IMG/VR virus record: IMGVR_UViG_3300010234_000046
Coordinates: 1-31,292 of that record
DNA: 31,292 bases
Source of the DNA: a virus
Lineage: Duplodnaviria > Caudoviricetes
Strand: one strand, 5' to 3'
Shown one piece after another: positions 8,520-17,569 of this stretch. Position 1 is the first letter of the stretch; each line of letters opens with the position of its first letter. The position numbers and the translations under genes were made by a program. The notes beneath the pieces are model-generated. The model was not told where the DNA came from and ran no database searches. It saw nothing but the letters and a program-made list of their open reading frames with translations.

Positions 8520-10094
8520 TTAACCTCTCCATTTCCCATCACGAATTGTAATGAGTGTGCGTTTACCATTAGGATATGTCACAATGTGGCTGTGATCCCA
8601 AGAAGACAATCCTTCAGCATTATACCCCATATTGAGTTTTCCCGAAACCCCTGCCTGAAAAGTTCCTTCGATAATAGCAGGAGAGTGGGCATGACCGACG
8701 TTATATTTTCGAGCAGCTTTACTAAACTGGACAGCGGAACCACGTGAGCCGTTAGTGCCTTTATGGCCATGCAAAGCACACTCAATTGGACTTTGTACAC
8801 CTTGACAAATCAGGAACGAATTCTCACCAGTGACAAACGAAATACCATCCAAGTGAGTTGGGGATTCTTCACGGCACGCATACTCAAACGTATTGAGCTG
8901 TTCCCCCGCTTCAATCGACCGATACACTGCGGCATTCAGCTCGTGCCAATAACGGGCATTCATATGATCTTGAGCAACCTTAGCATCCTTTATCCAACGG
9001 CCCAGAGCCTGATCGTGGTTAGATTCTACTACTACTGTCTGACAGAAATCACGACGTGACCATTCGAGCCAGTTAGATGATTCCGCAATCTCTTTCTGGA
9101 CACCATTAGTTCCCCACTGCATATCTGCCTTAGCCAAAAAATGCGGATCATCGCGGTTATGGTGGTTCCGAACATAGAAATCCAATAGGTCATGCATGAA
9201 CTGGTATTTTGGCTTGAGGACATCGATAATGGAATCCTCACGGCCCCAATTAATATATTCAATGTCAATGTCCAACTGTTCTTTATGTATATCACCCCAA
9301 TTCACCGCTTCAACCCTATGGTCGTGGGTGATTGACCCATGCTGTATAAACGTAGTCAAATCATAGAACGACCCGTCAGAGGTGGCGTTAATATGTCGAC
9401 ACCAGAATGTACCATTTGAAGCGACCTCAACCACGACAGCCCCAGGGGTGTGATGGAATTCAGCCTTTTTACCAGCAGAACGCTGAATGTAATTTGGATC
9501 AGTGACCGTACCTGTGGACATGATTTGTTTAGGCAGTGATGACGGTGAAATCGGCACCGACTGCAATCTGATCCGGCTGTGGGGAATAATCGCCCAGTTG
9601 TCCCGTGAGAGGTTTTCGTAACCCGACAGGGGGTTAACCGCAGTTGGTAGAATGTTCGCATCTCCGACCCACATAAGGCCAGGGGCAAGCATTTTTTTCT
9701 CAGTACACATATACGGACCCAAACGAGTGTCGTAAGTTGCGGTTTCTGTGTTTTCTTCAGCCTTGAACATATTCTTACTGTAGGTATAACCACCCACTAA
9801 CAATTCCGCTTTTCGGTGTTCAACATATGCCAACAGATTGGTCCAAAAATTCTTGAAAAGCGGTGTGTCATCTTGAGCCGACGTGAGAACGTACACTTTA
9901 GTGCCTGAGTGACTGACTGGTTGACGACCCTCCTCGACCAATCCCATTTCCATGGCTTTATCAAGGCGGCGTCCGACAGTGCGGCGATGGATACCCAAAG
10001 CCTTTGCAGCGGCGGTGATCGAATTACCATTTTCTCGCCAACTATCAACCGTGCGTTTAATTTCATGGTAAGTGAGTGGTTCTTTTTTGGACAT
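8520..10094 (-). CDS. HTH plus calcineurin-like metallophosphoesterase, T5 A1-like nuclease
   Basis: N-terminal SITAAAKALGIHRRTV HTH; TSAQ, NILPTAxxPLSG, STGTVTxxNYIQxxAGxKAE blocks as recalled for T5 A1; metal motifs GDIH, HDLLD, SNHD, HGH, GHAH. Confidence 0.8.
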   Translation of the reverse strand: MSKKEPLTYHEIKRTVDSWRENGNSITAAAKALGIHRRTVGRRLDKAMEMGLVEEGRQPVSHSGTKVYVLTSAQDDTPLFKNFWTNLLAYVEHRKAELLVGGYTYSKNMFKAEENTETATYDTRLGPYMCTEKKMLAPGLMWVGDANILPTAVNPLSGYENLSRDNWAIIPHSRIRLQSVPISPSSLPKQIMSTGTVTDPNYIQRSAGKKAEFHHTPGAVVVEVASNGTFWCRHINATSDGSFYDLTTFIQHGSITHDHRVEAVNWGDIHKEQLDIDIEYINWGREDSIIDVLKPKYQFMHDLLDFYVRNHHNRDDPHFLAKADMQWGTNGVQKEIAESSNWLEWSRRDFCQTVVVESNHDQALGRWIKDAKVAQDHMNARYWHELNAAVYRSIEAGEQLNTFEYACREESPTHLDGISFVTGENSFLICQGVQSPIECALHGHKGTNGSRGSAVQFSKAARKYNVGHAHSPAIIEGTFQAGVSGKLNMGYNAEGLSSWDHSHIVTYPNGKRTLITIRDGKWRG

Positions 10095-10104
10095 GAGAAT
10101 CCTC

Positions 10105-11034
10105 CTATAATTTATTCTTGTAAATGAATTCTAAAGCCCTATCCGCTTCAACATCCAGCGGTCGATCTTTATACCAATTACCATTTCGAGCGTCGAATTC
10201 ACGACAGAGATTAGCAATCTCCATTGACGTTATCGGGTAGCCTTTATAGATTGCATGACCAGCAACAGCCACCATGATCTGATACATTTTATGATACCAG
10301 CCTGAATCAGAAATCGACCTGTACTCATCAGCCAATCGGACTGGCCAAAACGGACAATCATTATAACCAGACCATTTGTAATTCAAATTAATCAACTGGT
10401 CTTTTCTGTAGTTAATGATTTTTTCCTTCACGTCTTCCGGCAATCGATCAACGAATGATTTGCTATCTGCACTCTTGTCATATGGGTATTTAGCAATCAG
10501 TTTATCGACATCAAGCGTACATCCTTCCTGCTCGAAAAAGAAGTTATGATCTCCGACCATGCCGGGAGCGTAAAACATTCGAGCCTGATCCTTTGTCTGA
10601 ATATCAGCCAGATCACAAAGCTCTCTATTCAATGCATACCAAAAGCCCCTGATCTCATCTTTCATCACATCACGTGACAGATCAAACACCAGACGAAATT
10701 TAGGATGCTCTTCAGTGCTGGACGCAGTGGAGTAGCACACGTATTTCCAATCGGGTATTTTTTCTCGCAACTCATCCTTCATGTTAGATTTGGGAACCCA
10801 CTCGTCCACATCAATTGCACACCACCCAGCCCATTTTGCAACATTAGCATTTGCGCGAGAAGTGCCTTTTGGATAATCGGCTGGAGACATCAGTGTAGCA
10901 TCCTCCTTCTTATCCAAACGGCGGTCTGATAGTTTACGGAGAGTCGAAGCGAAATCGTCCCAACTCTCTGTGATAAAGCGAGTATCTGTTCCGGTATCAA
11001 ATCTGTCTTTAAAGATTGTTACAATATATTCCAT
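10105..11034 (-). CDS. primase-polymerase (AEP-like) / primase subunit
   Basis: AIDVD DxD, YSTASS...PKFRLVF and D...RMFYAP motifs of phage PrimPol-like proteins. Confidence 0.75.
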   Translation of the reverse strand: MEYIVTIFKDRFDTGTDTRFITESWDDFASTLRKLSDRRLDKKEDATLMSPADYPKGTSRANANVAKWAGWCAIDVDEWVPKSNMKDELREKIPDWKYVCYSTASSTEEHPKFRLVFDLSRDVMKDEIRGFWYALNRELCDLADIQTKDQARMFYAPGMVGDHNFFFEQEGCTLDVDKLIAKYPYDKSADSKSFVDRLPEDVKEKIINYRKDQLINLNYKWSGYNDCPFWPVRLADEYRSISDSGWYHKMYQIMVAVAGHAIYKGYPITSMEIANLCREFDARNGNWYKDRPLDVEADRALEFIYKNKL

Positions 11035-11040
11035 GACTGT

Positions 11041-11069
11041 ATTATACCATACTCAGCCTCGACAATCAA
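11041..11069 (-). promoter_or_regulatory. sigma70-type promoter, probably near-leaderless
   Basis: TTGATT-N17-TATAAT (TATGGTATAAT); ATG only 6 nt after the -10 hexamer. Confidence 0.75.
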
Positions 11070-11070
11070 G

Positions 11071-11367
11071 TTAAAGGTCAGCCTCCTTTACAAAAATTCC
11101 ATCGACCATTCGGCCCTTACGATCCTTAATATCATCGTATGCAACGTCCAGACAATGCTGTAGTGTTAGGCCATTGCGTTCAGCGATGTTGATCAGAACA
11201 ACCAGCATATCGCCAATATCGTCTGCTACATCTTTATATTTACAGATGTTATCAGATAATTCACCCGCCTCTTGGATCAGTTTCATGAACTGCATTTTAT
11301 CGTTTGACCCATCGATTAGATTGCGGTCGTAATGCCAATCGATAATTTTCTTTACTACTTCTTCCAT
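11071..11367 (-). CDS. mazG: MazG-like NTP pyrophosphohydrolase (start corrected to MEEVV)
   Basis: KLIQEAGEL...DDIGDMLVVL, AYDDIKDRKG. Confidence 0.88.
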   Translation of the reverse strand: MEEVVKKIIDWHYDRNLIDGSNDKMQFMKLIQEAGELSDNICKYKDVADDIGDMLVVLINIAERNGLTLQHCLDVAYDDIKDRKGRMVDGIFVKEADL

Positions 11368-11369
11368 TA

Positions 11370-11906
11370 CTATCGTCCTATAAATTCCACACTTGATGTG
11401 GGTTTTGGTTGAAATCTGTACCAGCAACAATTATCCTTGCCAGTGAATTTGCTATCAGGAATCCACTTCACGCGACCGACTGCCACTATTTTATCACAAT
11501 ACTCCATATATGTAGAGGATTGTTTTGTGTGTGGCCAATCTGCATCAAACAGAAGCCACGTCGGACACGGGAATGTCCTACACTTTTCCAGCATCGGGTG
11601 AAGAAATTTTCGATCCCAAGGTGGATTAGTAATAACATAATCAATATGCTCCCCAACCTCCAGATCAAAGAAATCCCGTTCCATAATACTTTCATCCATT
11701 GGATGGATATCATAAGCCTCAGTACACAAGAACTCTTTGGGTGTTAAATGATCGATATGATCAATCAAGGCTCCGTCGCCCGCACAAGGCTCGATCCATT
11801 TTTGATTTATCTTCCAATTTAGATGTGGTATCAAAGGATGAACAGCCTCAACAGGTGTGCGGTAAAAATCCCTTGGATTCCGTTCAAAATCACTTCGTTT
11901 ACCCAT
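11370..11906 (-). CDS. amino (N6-A/N4-C) DNA methyltransferase
   Basis: DFYRTP, EPCAGDG SAM-binding motif I, ITNPPW motif IV. Confidence 0.88.
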   Translation of the reverse strand: MGKRSDFERNPRDFYRTPVEAVHPLIPHLNWKINQKWIEPCAGDGALIDHIDHLTPKEFLCTEAYDIHPMDESIMERDFFDLEVGEHIDYVITNPPWDRKFLHPMLEKCRTFPCPTWLLFDADWPHTKQSSTYMEYCDKIVAVGRVKWIPDSKFTGKDNCCWYRFQPKPTSSVEFIGR

Positions 11907-11914
11907 GTTATACC

Positions 11915-14404
11915 CTATTCAAAAAAATCGTCCAATGTGTGGACTTCTTCACCCATCCATCCGATTGCATTCAGAATTGGCGCAAGCGGATCAAGAAACG
12001 TCTTTTGATATTGTAGCTCGTAATCAACGTATCTGTCAATACCAAATTCTTTCGGTAAATGTTGGGGGAACCCTATAACATTACCGCGAGTTTGATTTGG
12101 AGTCCTCAAATAGCAGAACTTGATCTTATCACCGTTGCTTATTACATCATGCACGCCCGACAAAGCCAGCTTGTTGACTTGATCGTTATAAACCAATGCG
12201 GCTCTAACATGAATTGGTGTGCCCTTTTTGTAACCGTCAACCGGATCAGCCCATTTATCAACGTCGGAAACGCCACGGGGAAATGATATATCTGCCACTG
12301 GCATTTTCTCGAAATCGGCTTTAAACTTTACCAGATCAGCCTGCATTTCTTTCTCAGTGCCATTCATAATGATCTTGAAGATGTCGCGCATTTTATCACG
12401 CACAACTTGAGGGGTGGATGACTTAATGGCTTCAATACCAGATACCTTGATCTTAGGCTCAGCATATTGAACACCTTCGTTGTTATGGACGTTCAGAATG
12501 TAACGCTTCTTAGCAGTCCAGAAACCCCGATCAGCAATTGCTTCACGAGCCATCACCATCCGATTAGTATATGAATTCATATTTTCATGAAGACGTTCAT
12601 ATGCATTATTGAACACATTAACAAAATGGCTTTCACATATTTTATCAATTGCCTCAACCGGATTATCTGGTTTTAGTTTTTCGATCATCGGCCCAAAATT
12701 CATATACAAGGAGTCCGTATCCATAGCCACCACGTAATCAATATTATCAGTTTTCAGCAACCTATTCATTTCGCGATTGGCTTCACGCTCAGCCCAACGA
12801 ATTGACAACTGACCGGACAACGTAATACCTTCAGCAATCCGCATATCGAAGTATCGAAAATATTTGTTAGCGAGAGCGCCATACAGAGAGTTGAGCAAAA
12901 TCTTGACCGCCATCTGGCCATTATTCAACTGGATAATATTTGCTTCAGCATCAGAGCTTTTGTTCAATTCGAACTCTTGTTGAGCTTTCAGCATGTTGCT
13001 CTTAATCACGCGACGTTGGTCATACAGCCCCATAATGATTTCCGGTAGTACGCCCACCCGATCCTTAGAGAACATCGCTCCATTGGCCGCTACGGCGTAA
13101 TCACCACCTACTGGCGCACAGTCCATGTAATGATCCGGTCCATAATCTCTAGCCCCCTCAACTATTGTCTCAGGACTCATATTATATTGGACGATCAGGT
13201 TTGGATAAAGTGAGTTCAGATCGAATGACACAAGCCATTCTTTCACACCCAGTTGTGGGTCTTTCACATAGCCACCAGGGTAACTCTGTTTATTCTTCAC
13301 CTTTGATGGTGGAACCGCAATCTTTTTACGATTCAACTCTCGATAGATAATCGAATCCCATATAGCAACTGTTCCAAACGTATCGGAAATATTAACCCCC
13401 GCCATATAAGCCATCGTCATAGCCAAGCTAATCAGCTTCAGCTTCTCTTCAAGCTGGACAATCAACATAACGTCTTTGATATTATAATCGATATATAACT
13501 GCGGATTCTGTTCCCACAGATTCGCCAATGAGCCATATTCATCGTAGGACAGTTTGGCCTCGCCCAAAACTACGTGCGCGACGTGACCCAGAGAATACGA
13601 TTCCAATGTTCCATATGAGTATCCGAACTTTTTGAATAGCACCATATAATCGACAGTCTGGATGCCGACAATCTCGTACACATTCACATCATTATGGTAC
13701 GAGTCTTTTTGCGTTTTTGAGTTGATAACCCCCCAAGGACTCATCCGAAGCGCAGCTTCTTCACACGCAACTCTACGTAAACGATTGACCAGATATGGTA
13801 AATCGAACATGAGAACGTTATAGCCCGTGATAATGTCTGGATAATTATTACACCAATGCGCCAAAAACAAGGCCAGCAATTCATTCTCAGTTTGGCATTC
13901 ACGAAATACCACTGGAACATCCAAGAGTGATTCAGATGCTTTCCAGTCCTTCGATGCCCAGACCATATAACTTTCGTTATTACTTGACTTTAGAGTGATC
14001 GCAGTGACTGGATAGATCGCCTCAGATGGATCAGGAAATCCCTTACCAGCGGATTCAACCTCAATGTCCAGATATGTCGTGTTGATCCATTCTTCCTTAT
14101 ATGGAATCTTGTCGGGCCAACGATCAGTAATGAATTGGTGCACATAATTGGTCGTGCCGTGCACCTCAAATCCAGCAACCTCTTTAAAGGCTTCCAGAAA
14201 TTGACGAGCCTCTGACATTTTATCAAATGTCTTAGGGACCAAAGGATAGCCCCTCAACGTAGTCCAATCTGAATCACTTTTACTGGTAGTCGTATAGAGA
14301 GTCGGACCAAACTTTTCCTTCTTCTCTATCCGAACACCCGCATGATTATACCCACGGTATAAAATATCATTTTTATGCCGATTGACTGATGTGTAAAATG
14401 ACAA
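11915..14404 (-). CDS. 43: family B DNA polymerase (T4 gp43); probable TTG start at 14404
   Basis: DIEV exo I, FDLPYL exo II, YNIKDV exo III, SFDLNSLYP, KILLNSLYG, DTDS, C-terminal clamp-binding TLDDFF. Confidence 0.98.
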   Translation of the reverse strand: MSFYTSVNRHKNDILYRGYNHAGVRIEKKEKFGPTLYTTTSKSDSDWTTLRGYPLVPKTFDKMSEARQFLEAFKEVAGFEVHGTTNYVHQFITDRWPDKIPYKEEWINTTYLDIEVESAGKGFPDPSEAIYPVTAITLKSSNNESYMVWASKDWKASESLLDVPVVFRECQTENELLALFLAHWCNNYPDIITGYNVLMFDLPYLVNRLRRVACEEAALRMSPWGVINSKTQKDSYHNDVNVYEIVGIQTVDYMVLFKKFGYSYGTLESYSLGHVAHVVLGEAKLSYDEYGSLANLWEQNPQLYIDYNIKDVMLIVQLEEKLKLISLAMTMAYMAGVNISDTFGTVAIWDSIIYRELNRKKIAVPPSKVKNKQSYPGGYVKDPQLGVKEWLVSFDLNSLYPNLIVQYNMSPETIVEGARDYGPDHYMDCAPVGGDYAVAANGAMFSKDRVGVLPEIIMGLYDQRRVIKSNMLKAQQEFELNKSSDAEANIIQLNNGQMAVKILLNSLYGALANKYFRYFDMRIAEGITLSGQLSIRWAEREANREMNRLLKTDNIDYVVAMDTDSLYMNFGPMIEKLKPDNPVEAIDKICESHFVNVFNNAYERLHENMNSYTNRMVMAREAIADRGFWTAKKRYILNVHNNEGVQYAEPKIKVSGIEAIKSSTPQVVRDKMRDIFKIIMNGTEKEMQADLVKFKADFEKMPVADISFPRGVSDVDKWADPVDGYKKGTPIHVRAALVYNDQVNKLALSGVHDVISNGDKIKFCYLRTPNQTRGNVIGFPQHLPKEFGIDRYVDYELQYQKTFLDPLAPILNAIGWMGEEVHTLDDFFE

Positions 14405-14408
14405 TGAA

Positions 14409-15113
14409 TCACCCCTCATATATTGAATTTTTATCCAAAGCAATCCAATATTCGATTGCCTCACTTTCGTGTTCGAAATGCGAGATCAGACGCTTGGACA
14501 AAGAGGCTTTATAGTCGCCAGCATATAGCTGAAGATTGGCCTTGTTAAACATCATGTTGAATTTGACATCGGGATCGAATTCGCAAATACCACCCGTGAC
14601 AATCTGGAATGTTGGTGCGGTGGTATCTTTCTCATCAATGACGCCCAAAGTAATGGAATCGGAATCCTTACCAACGGTAATGAAATCTTGGCGACTGAAC
14701 GAAGCGGCTTTCAACAGCTTGCTCAACGTGTCGGACGATAGATCAAACCGGATATCCACAGAAGGCATCCGTGGGGTCTTATCGTAAGCCCCAGATTCAT
14801 TCTTCATCAGTCCTTCACCAGAGTAGTAATATTTTGTGCGGATCAGTCCAGTCTCTTCACGGATCAGGAAATGGTTATCATTGAATGTAATATCCAATGG
14901 TGTGCCATTAGCTGTCATTCCGCAATAGCCAAGAAACATACCAAGATCATAGATTCCGCAATCCTGCGGAATAGTTTCATCGATAGTAGCTTGTGCGTAA
15001 ATCGTCCCCGCATCGTTCATCGCACGAATCAGGTTGCCTTCTTTTAGGTAAATCCCTGGAGAGAATGACGAGAAGGTTTTCAGAATCGCCATAGTCCTAT
15101 TAGAAATAATCAT
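14409..15113 (-). CDS. 45: sliding clamp (T4 gp45)
   Basis: ILKTFSSF, GIYDLGMFL, GDYKASLS, IEYWIALD pattern; 234 aa. Confidence 0.9.
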   Translation of the reverse strand: MIISNRTMAILKTFSSFSPGIYLKEGNLIRAMNDAGTIYAQATIDETIPQDCGIYDLGMFLGYCGMTANGTPLDITFNDNHFLIREETGLIRTKYYYSGEGLMKNESGAYDKTPRMPSVDIRFDLSSDTLSKLLKAASFSRQDFITVGKDSDSITLGVIDEKDTTAPTFQIVTGGICEFDPDVKFNMMFNKANLQLYAGDYKASLSKRLISHFEHESEAIEYWIALDKNSIYEG

Positions 15114-15142
15114 TATCAGTCTCCATATTAATTTAATGGTAT

Positions 15143-15171
15143 ATTATACCATATTCACATTTCGATTGCAA
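15143..15171 (-). promoter_or_regulatory. sigma70-type promoter for gp45-gp43
   Basis: TTGCAA-N17-TATAAT (TATGGTATAAT). Confidence 0.8.
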
Positions 15172-15460
15172 CTCTATTCGATTTGGTAGAGCCGCATTTT
15201 CTATGACAGACGATGGGTGCGTCTACTGGATTGTTTTTTATCAAGTCGAAGAAATCCTGCCAGTGGACTGACTCATAGATTTCATGCAGGCTTTCAACAT
15301 TTTCGATTTTCAACTCATCACGTTTAAAAAAATCATCGATATGTTGAATGTCCATCTCGATACCCGCGTATGCGTCCAGCCAGCAACATGGATAAATGTA
15401 TCCAGTTGCTGAAACGGCTGGACCTGTTTCACCCCTCAAGCATTTCGGATATAACATCAA
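15155..15460 (-). CDS. stand-alone SPASM/Twitch-like Fe-S domain protein
   Basis: PKC...VSATGYIYPCCW...CHRKC cysteine pattern. Confidence 0.7.
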   Translation of the reverse strand: MMLYPKCLRGETGPAVSATGYIYPCCWLDAYAGIEMDIQHIDDFFKRDELKIENVESLHEIYESVHWQDFFDLIKNNPVDAPIVCHRKCGSTKSNRVAIEM

Positions 15461-15740
15461 ACGCCTCCCTTTCGGTCAACAACTGCATCTTGTCTGGAAA
15501 TGCAGTGATCACGCCAACCCCATACGCAGTTGATCCGTATGAAGACCGATCACATTGATACACAGACCCGCTATGGCCCTCGAAATGAAAGAGGTTATCA
15601 TCAACACGTACGTGTTTAATTCCGCTATTAAGTCTCCACGAATCACCATCAAGATAGCCACCAGACCACGTACCGAAAATGCGGTAATGAGGGTCGTCAG
15701 ACTCAACTCTGAACATGAGCCATTTGTTTGGTCGATACAT
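15429..15740 (-). CDS. conserved phage hypothetical protein
   Basis: WSGGYLDGDSWRLNSGI...FEGHSGSVYQC motif, recalled from many myophage hypothetical proteins. Confidence 0.75.
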   Translation of the reverse strand: MYRPNKWLMFRVESDDPHYRIFGTWSGGYLDGDSWRLNSGIKHVRVDDNLFHFEGHSGSVYQCDRSSYGSTAYGVGVITAFPDKMQLLTEREAFDVISEMLEG

Positions 15741-15743
15741 GTT

Positions 15744-16418
15744 TTATTTCTCCTGAAAATGTTTAGTAGGTTTCAAGGGGTCACCATCAGGGAGCCAACG
15801 ATGTGACTCAATGATCATGAATTTTATTCCTTCATTGTACGCTATTTTTTTGGCTTCGTCAATGTCATTCTCGTTGTAACTGAAAACTATGTACTGCCAC
15901 GTGATATCATTACCCATCCTAGCTCCCTTTTTCATGATCTCAAACACGGCCTCACCGTCTTGGTTCTTTCTGTATTTGTGGGAATCCTTGGGTAGACCAT
16001 CGACGCCGAATAGCCATTTCACCCGATCATAATAGAACGCGTTTGACCAAAAGTCATCCTTTTTTCCGTGACCATTCGTGGATACGGTGATGTCGTTCTC
16101 ATTCAGCCATGCGATGTGGAGTAGTTTGATAAAGCGGGGGTGGTAAATGGGATCACCCATCGCGCCACACAACCAAAGATTCTCATGAAATTTGCATATT
16201 TTTTCAAAGCTCTCGTCGGTAATATCTGATCCACGTTTCCACCACCCCTTCGGCCCTTCCATCCGTGCACATTTACTGCACTGGAGTAGGCAACGGTGAG
16301 TCACGTCTACGTTAACCAATAATTCCTCTGGCCCATAATTGCTTAGTTTTGGGGAATCTGTCATAGCAAAACTCATACGATTTCTGGTGCCTGATCTGGC
16401 ACCGGTTATATGCTTCAT
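15744..16418 (-). CDS. radical SAM protein (true start probably shorter, e.g. TTG 16319)
   Basis: CLLQCSKC CxxxCxxC, GAMGDP, STNG, FGVDG, WQYIVFSYNE. Confidence 0.88.
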   Translation of the reverse strand: MKHITGARSGTRNRMSFAMTDSPKLSNYGPEELLVNVDVTHRCLLQCSKCARMEGPKGWWKRGSDITDESFEKICKFHENLWLCGAMGDPIYHPRFIKLLHIAWLNENDITVSTNGHGKKDDFWSNAFYYDRVKWLFGVDGLPKDSHKYRKNQDGEAVFEIMKKGARMGNDITWQYIVFSYNENDIDEAKKIAYNEGIKFMIIESHRWLPDGDPLKPTKHFQEK

Positions 16419-17109
16419 TCATCCAACCATCAGTCTCCAAAGCTGGAATGGATGGATAGTGATTCACAACTTTGTTGATAAATTCCACCTTCGGCGGAAG
16501 CCCCAAAAAGTAGTAAAGATTCTCAAGCGTTTCCCACCGAAACATCTCCTCAAAAATTATGTACTCAATGTCGTCTGGCTCGAACACTTTTTCAATTTCA
16601 GGAATGATAATATCATAACGATTAGCTCGTTCATCGGAAGACATGGGTAAATTCTCACGACCGATAATCGCCGGATCAATACTATACGCCTCAATGAATT
16701 CGCTTGGAAATAGGCGTCCACCTGTATAATGTTCACGTGCACGTAGACGGCTCATATTATTAGTCCATGGGTCTCTGAGTATGAAAATCAGCTTGACCTT
16801 GACCCCAATGGATTCGCAATAATACCTGATCCGCTCATAATCTCCTGATTCAAATACGGGGGAATATGCCGGACTGATATCTGTAACCATGTCATTATGG
16901 TATATCCAGAAATCGTCAACTAGGGTCTGAGGCTTGATATTATTATTACGCTCGTACCTGACGTATTCAGGATATCGGTCAACGCAATTCGGTATCCAAG
17001 AATTCGGCTCTTTCATGCCGTCGGCCACGCAGTCATATGAGGTCAAATACTCATGCAGCCATGTAGTACCTGATCGATATGAACCTGGGCATAATATAAG
17101 TGTCTTCAT
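16312..17109 (-). CDS. PAPS-dependent sulfotransferase-like protein
   Basis: PGSYRSGTTWLH 5'-PSB loop, KE, DISPAY, ILRDP 3'-PB motif. Confidence 0.82.
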   Translation of the reverse strand: MKTLILCPGSYRSGTTWLHEYLTSYDCVADGMKEPNSWIPNCVDRYPEYVRYERNNNIKPQTLVDDFWIYHNDMVTDISPAYSPVFESGDYERIRYYCESIGVKVKLIFILRDPWTNNMSRLRAREHYTGGRLFPSEFIEAYSIDPAIIGRENLPMSSDERANRYDIIIPEIEKVFEPDDIEYIIFEEMFRWETLENLYYFLGLPPKVEFINKVVNHYPSIPALETDGWMNEAYNRCQIRHQKSYEFCYDRFPKTKQLWARGIIG

Positions 17110-17516
17110 TAATTGTTACCAATTGAATACTTTGGACAAAGTTCCCATGATCCCTTCTCGGCATACGACAAAATCTTGATCTGCTTCATAGGCGAACGAA
17201 GCGATGGAACTGGGCCAACAATATCTAAAAGCCCCCAATCGCTCAACAGAATGGTAATGGTATTTCTACGGCCAACGTCACCCTCATCCAAAGTCGAACG
17301 TTTTCCGTCAAGTAGAAACAACTCTTTGAAATGGAGGATATAGTATTTTCCGCGCTTGTGTAGGATGTGACAGGATTGAAACAGCTTCTTATCTTTTCGG
17401 GACGGCACGCCAATACGGCTCAATGTCTCCATAATTTTTAGAAAGTCGTCTGGTTCATTCAAAGACACTTCCAACATTTTAGAGGTGTCCCAATCATATA
17501 GCTCATTTGTGGTCAT
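17109..17516 (-). CDS. regA: translational repressor RegA
   Basis: DDFLKIMETLSRIG, QSCHILHKRGKYYILHFKELF, RRNTI..LLSDWGL. Confidence 0.97.
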   Translation of the reverse strand: MTTNELYDWDTSKMLEVSLNEPDDFLKIMETLSRIGVPSRKDKKLFQSCHILHKRGKYYILHFKELFLLDGKRSTLDEGDVGRRNTITILLSDWGLLDIVGPVPSLRSPMKQIKILSYAEKGSWELCPKYSIGNN

Positions 17517-17557
17517 AATATACCCTTATTATTATTATTCATTCAAGGGTACTTATA
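17515..17557 (-). promoter_or_regulatory. RBS-sequestering hairpin overlapped by a late-promoter-like TATAAGTA
   Basis: mRNA ATAAGTACCCTT-(GAATGAATAATAATAAT)-AAGGGTATATTATG; the arms pair over the SD. Confidence 0.55.
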
Positions 17558-17569
17558 ATCCGGTAAAAT

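Noticed and set aside
9356-9793. 145-aa alternative-frame ORF inside the A1-like gene
   Set aside because: Same-strand out-of-frame ORF with no RBS or recognisable motif; likely chance
11915-14464. Intron, intein or split in the DNA polymerase (also checked thyX, 41, uvsX, uvsW, 46)
   Set aside because: All are continuous and of normal length, with no homing endonuclease or intein motifs
16312-16418. 107-nt overlap between the radical SAM and sulfotransferase genes as overprinting
   Set aside because: More simply explained by a later start (GAGGA then TTG at 16319) giving an 8-nt overlap
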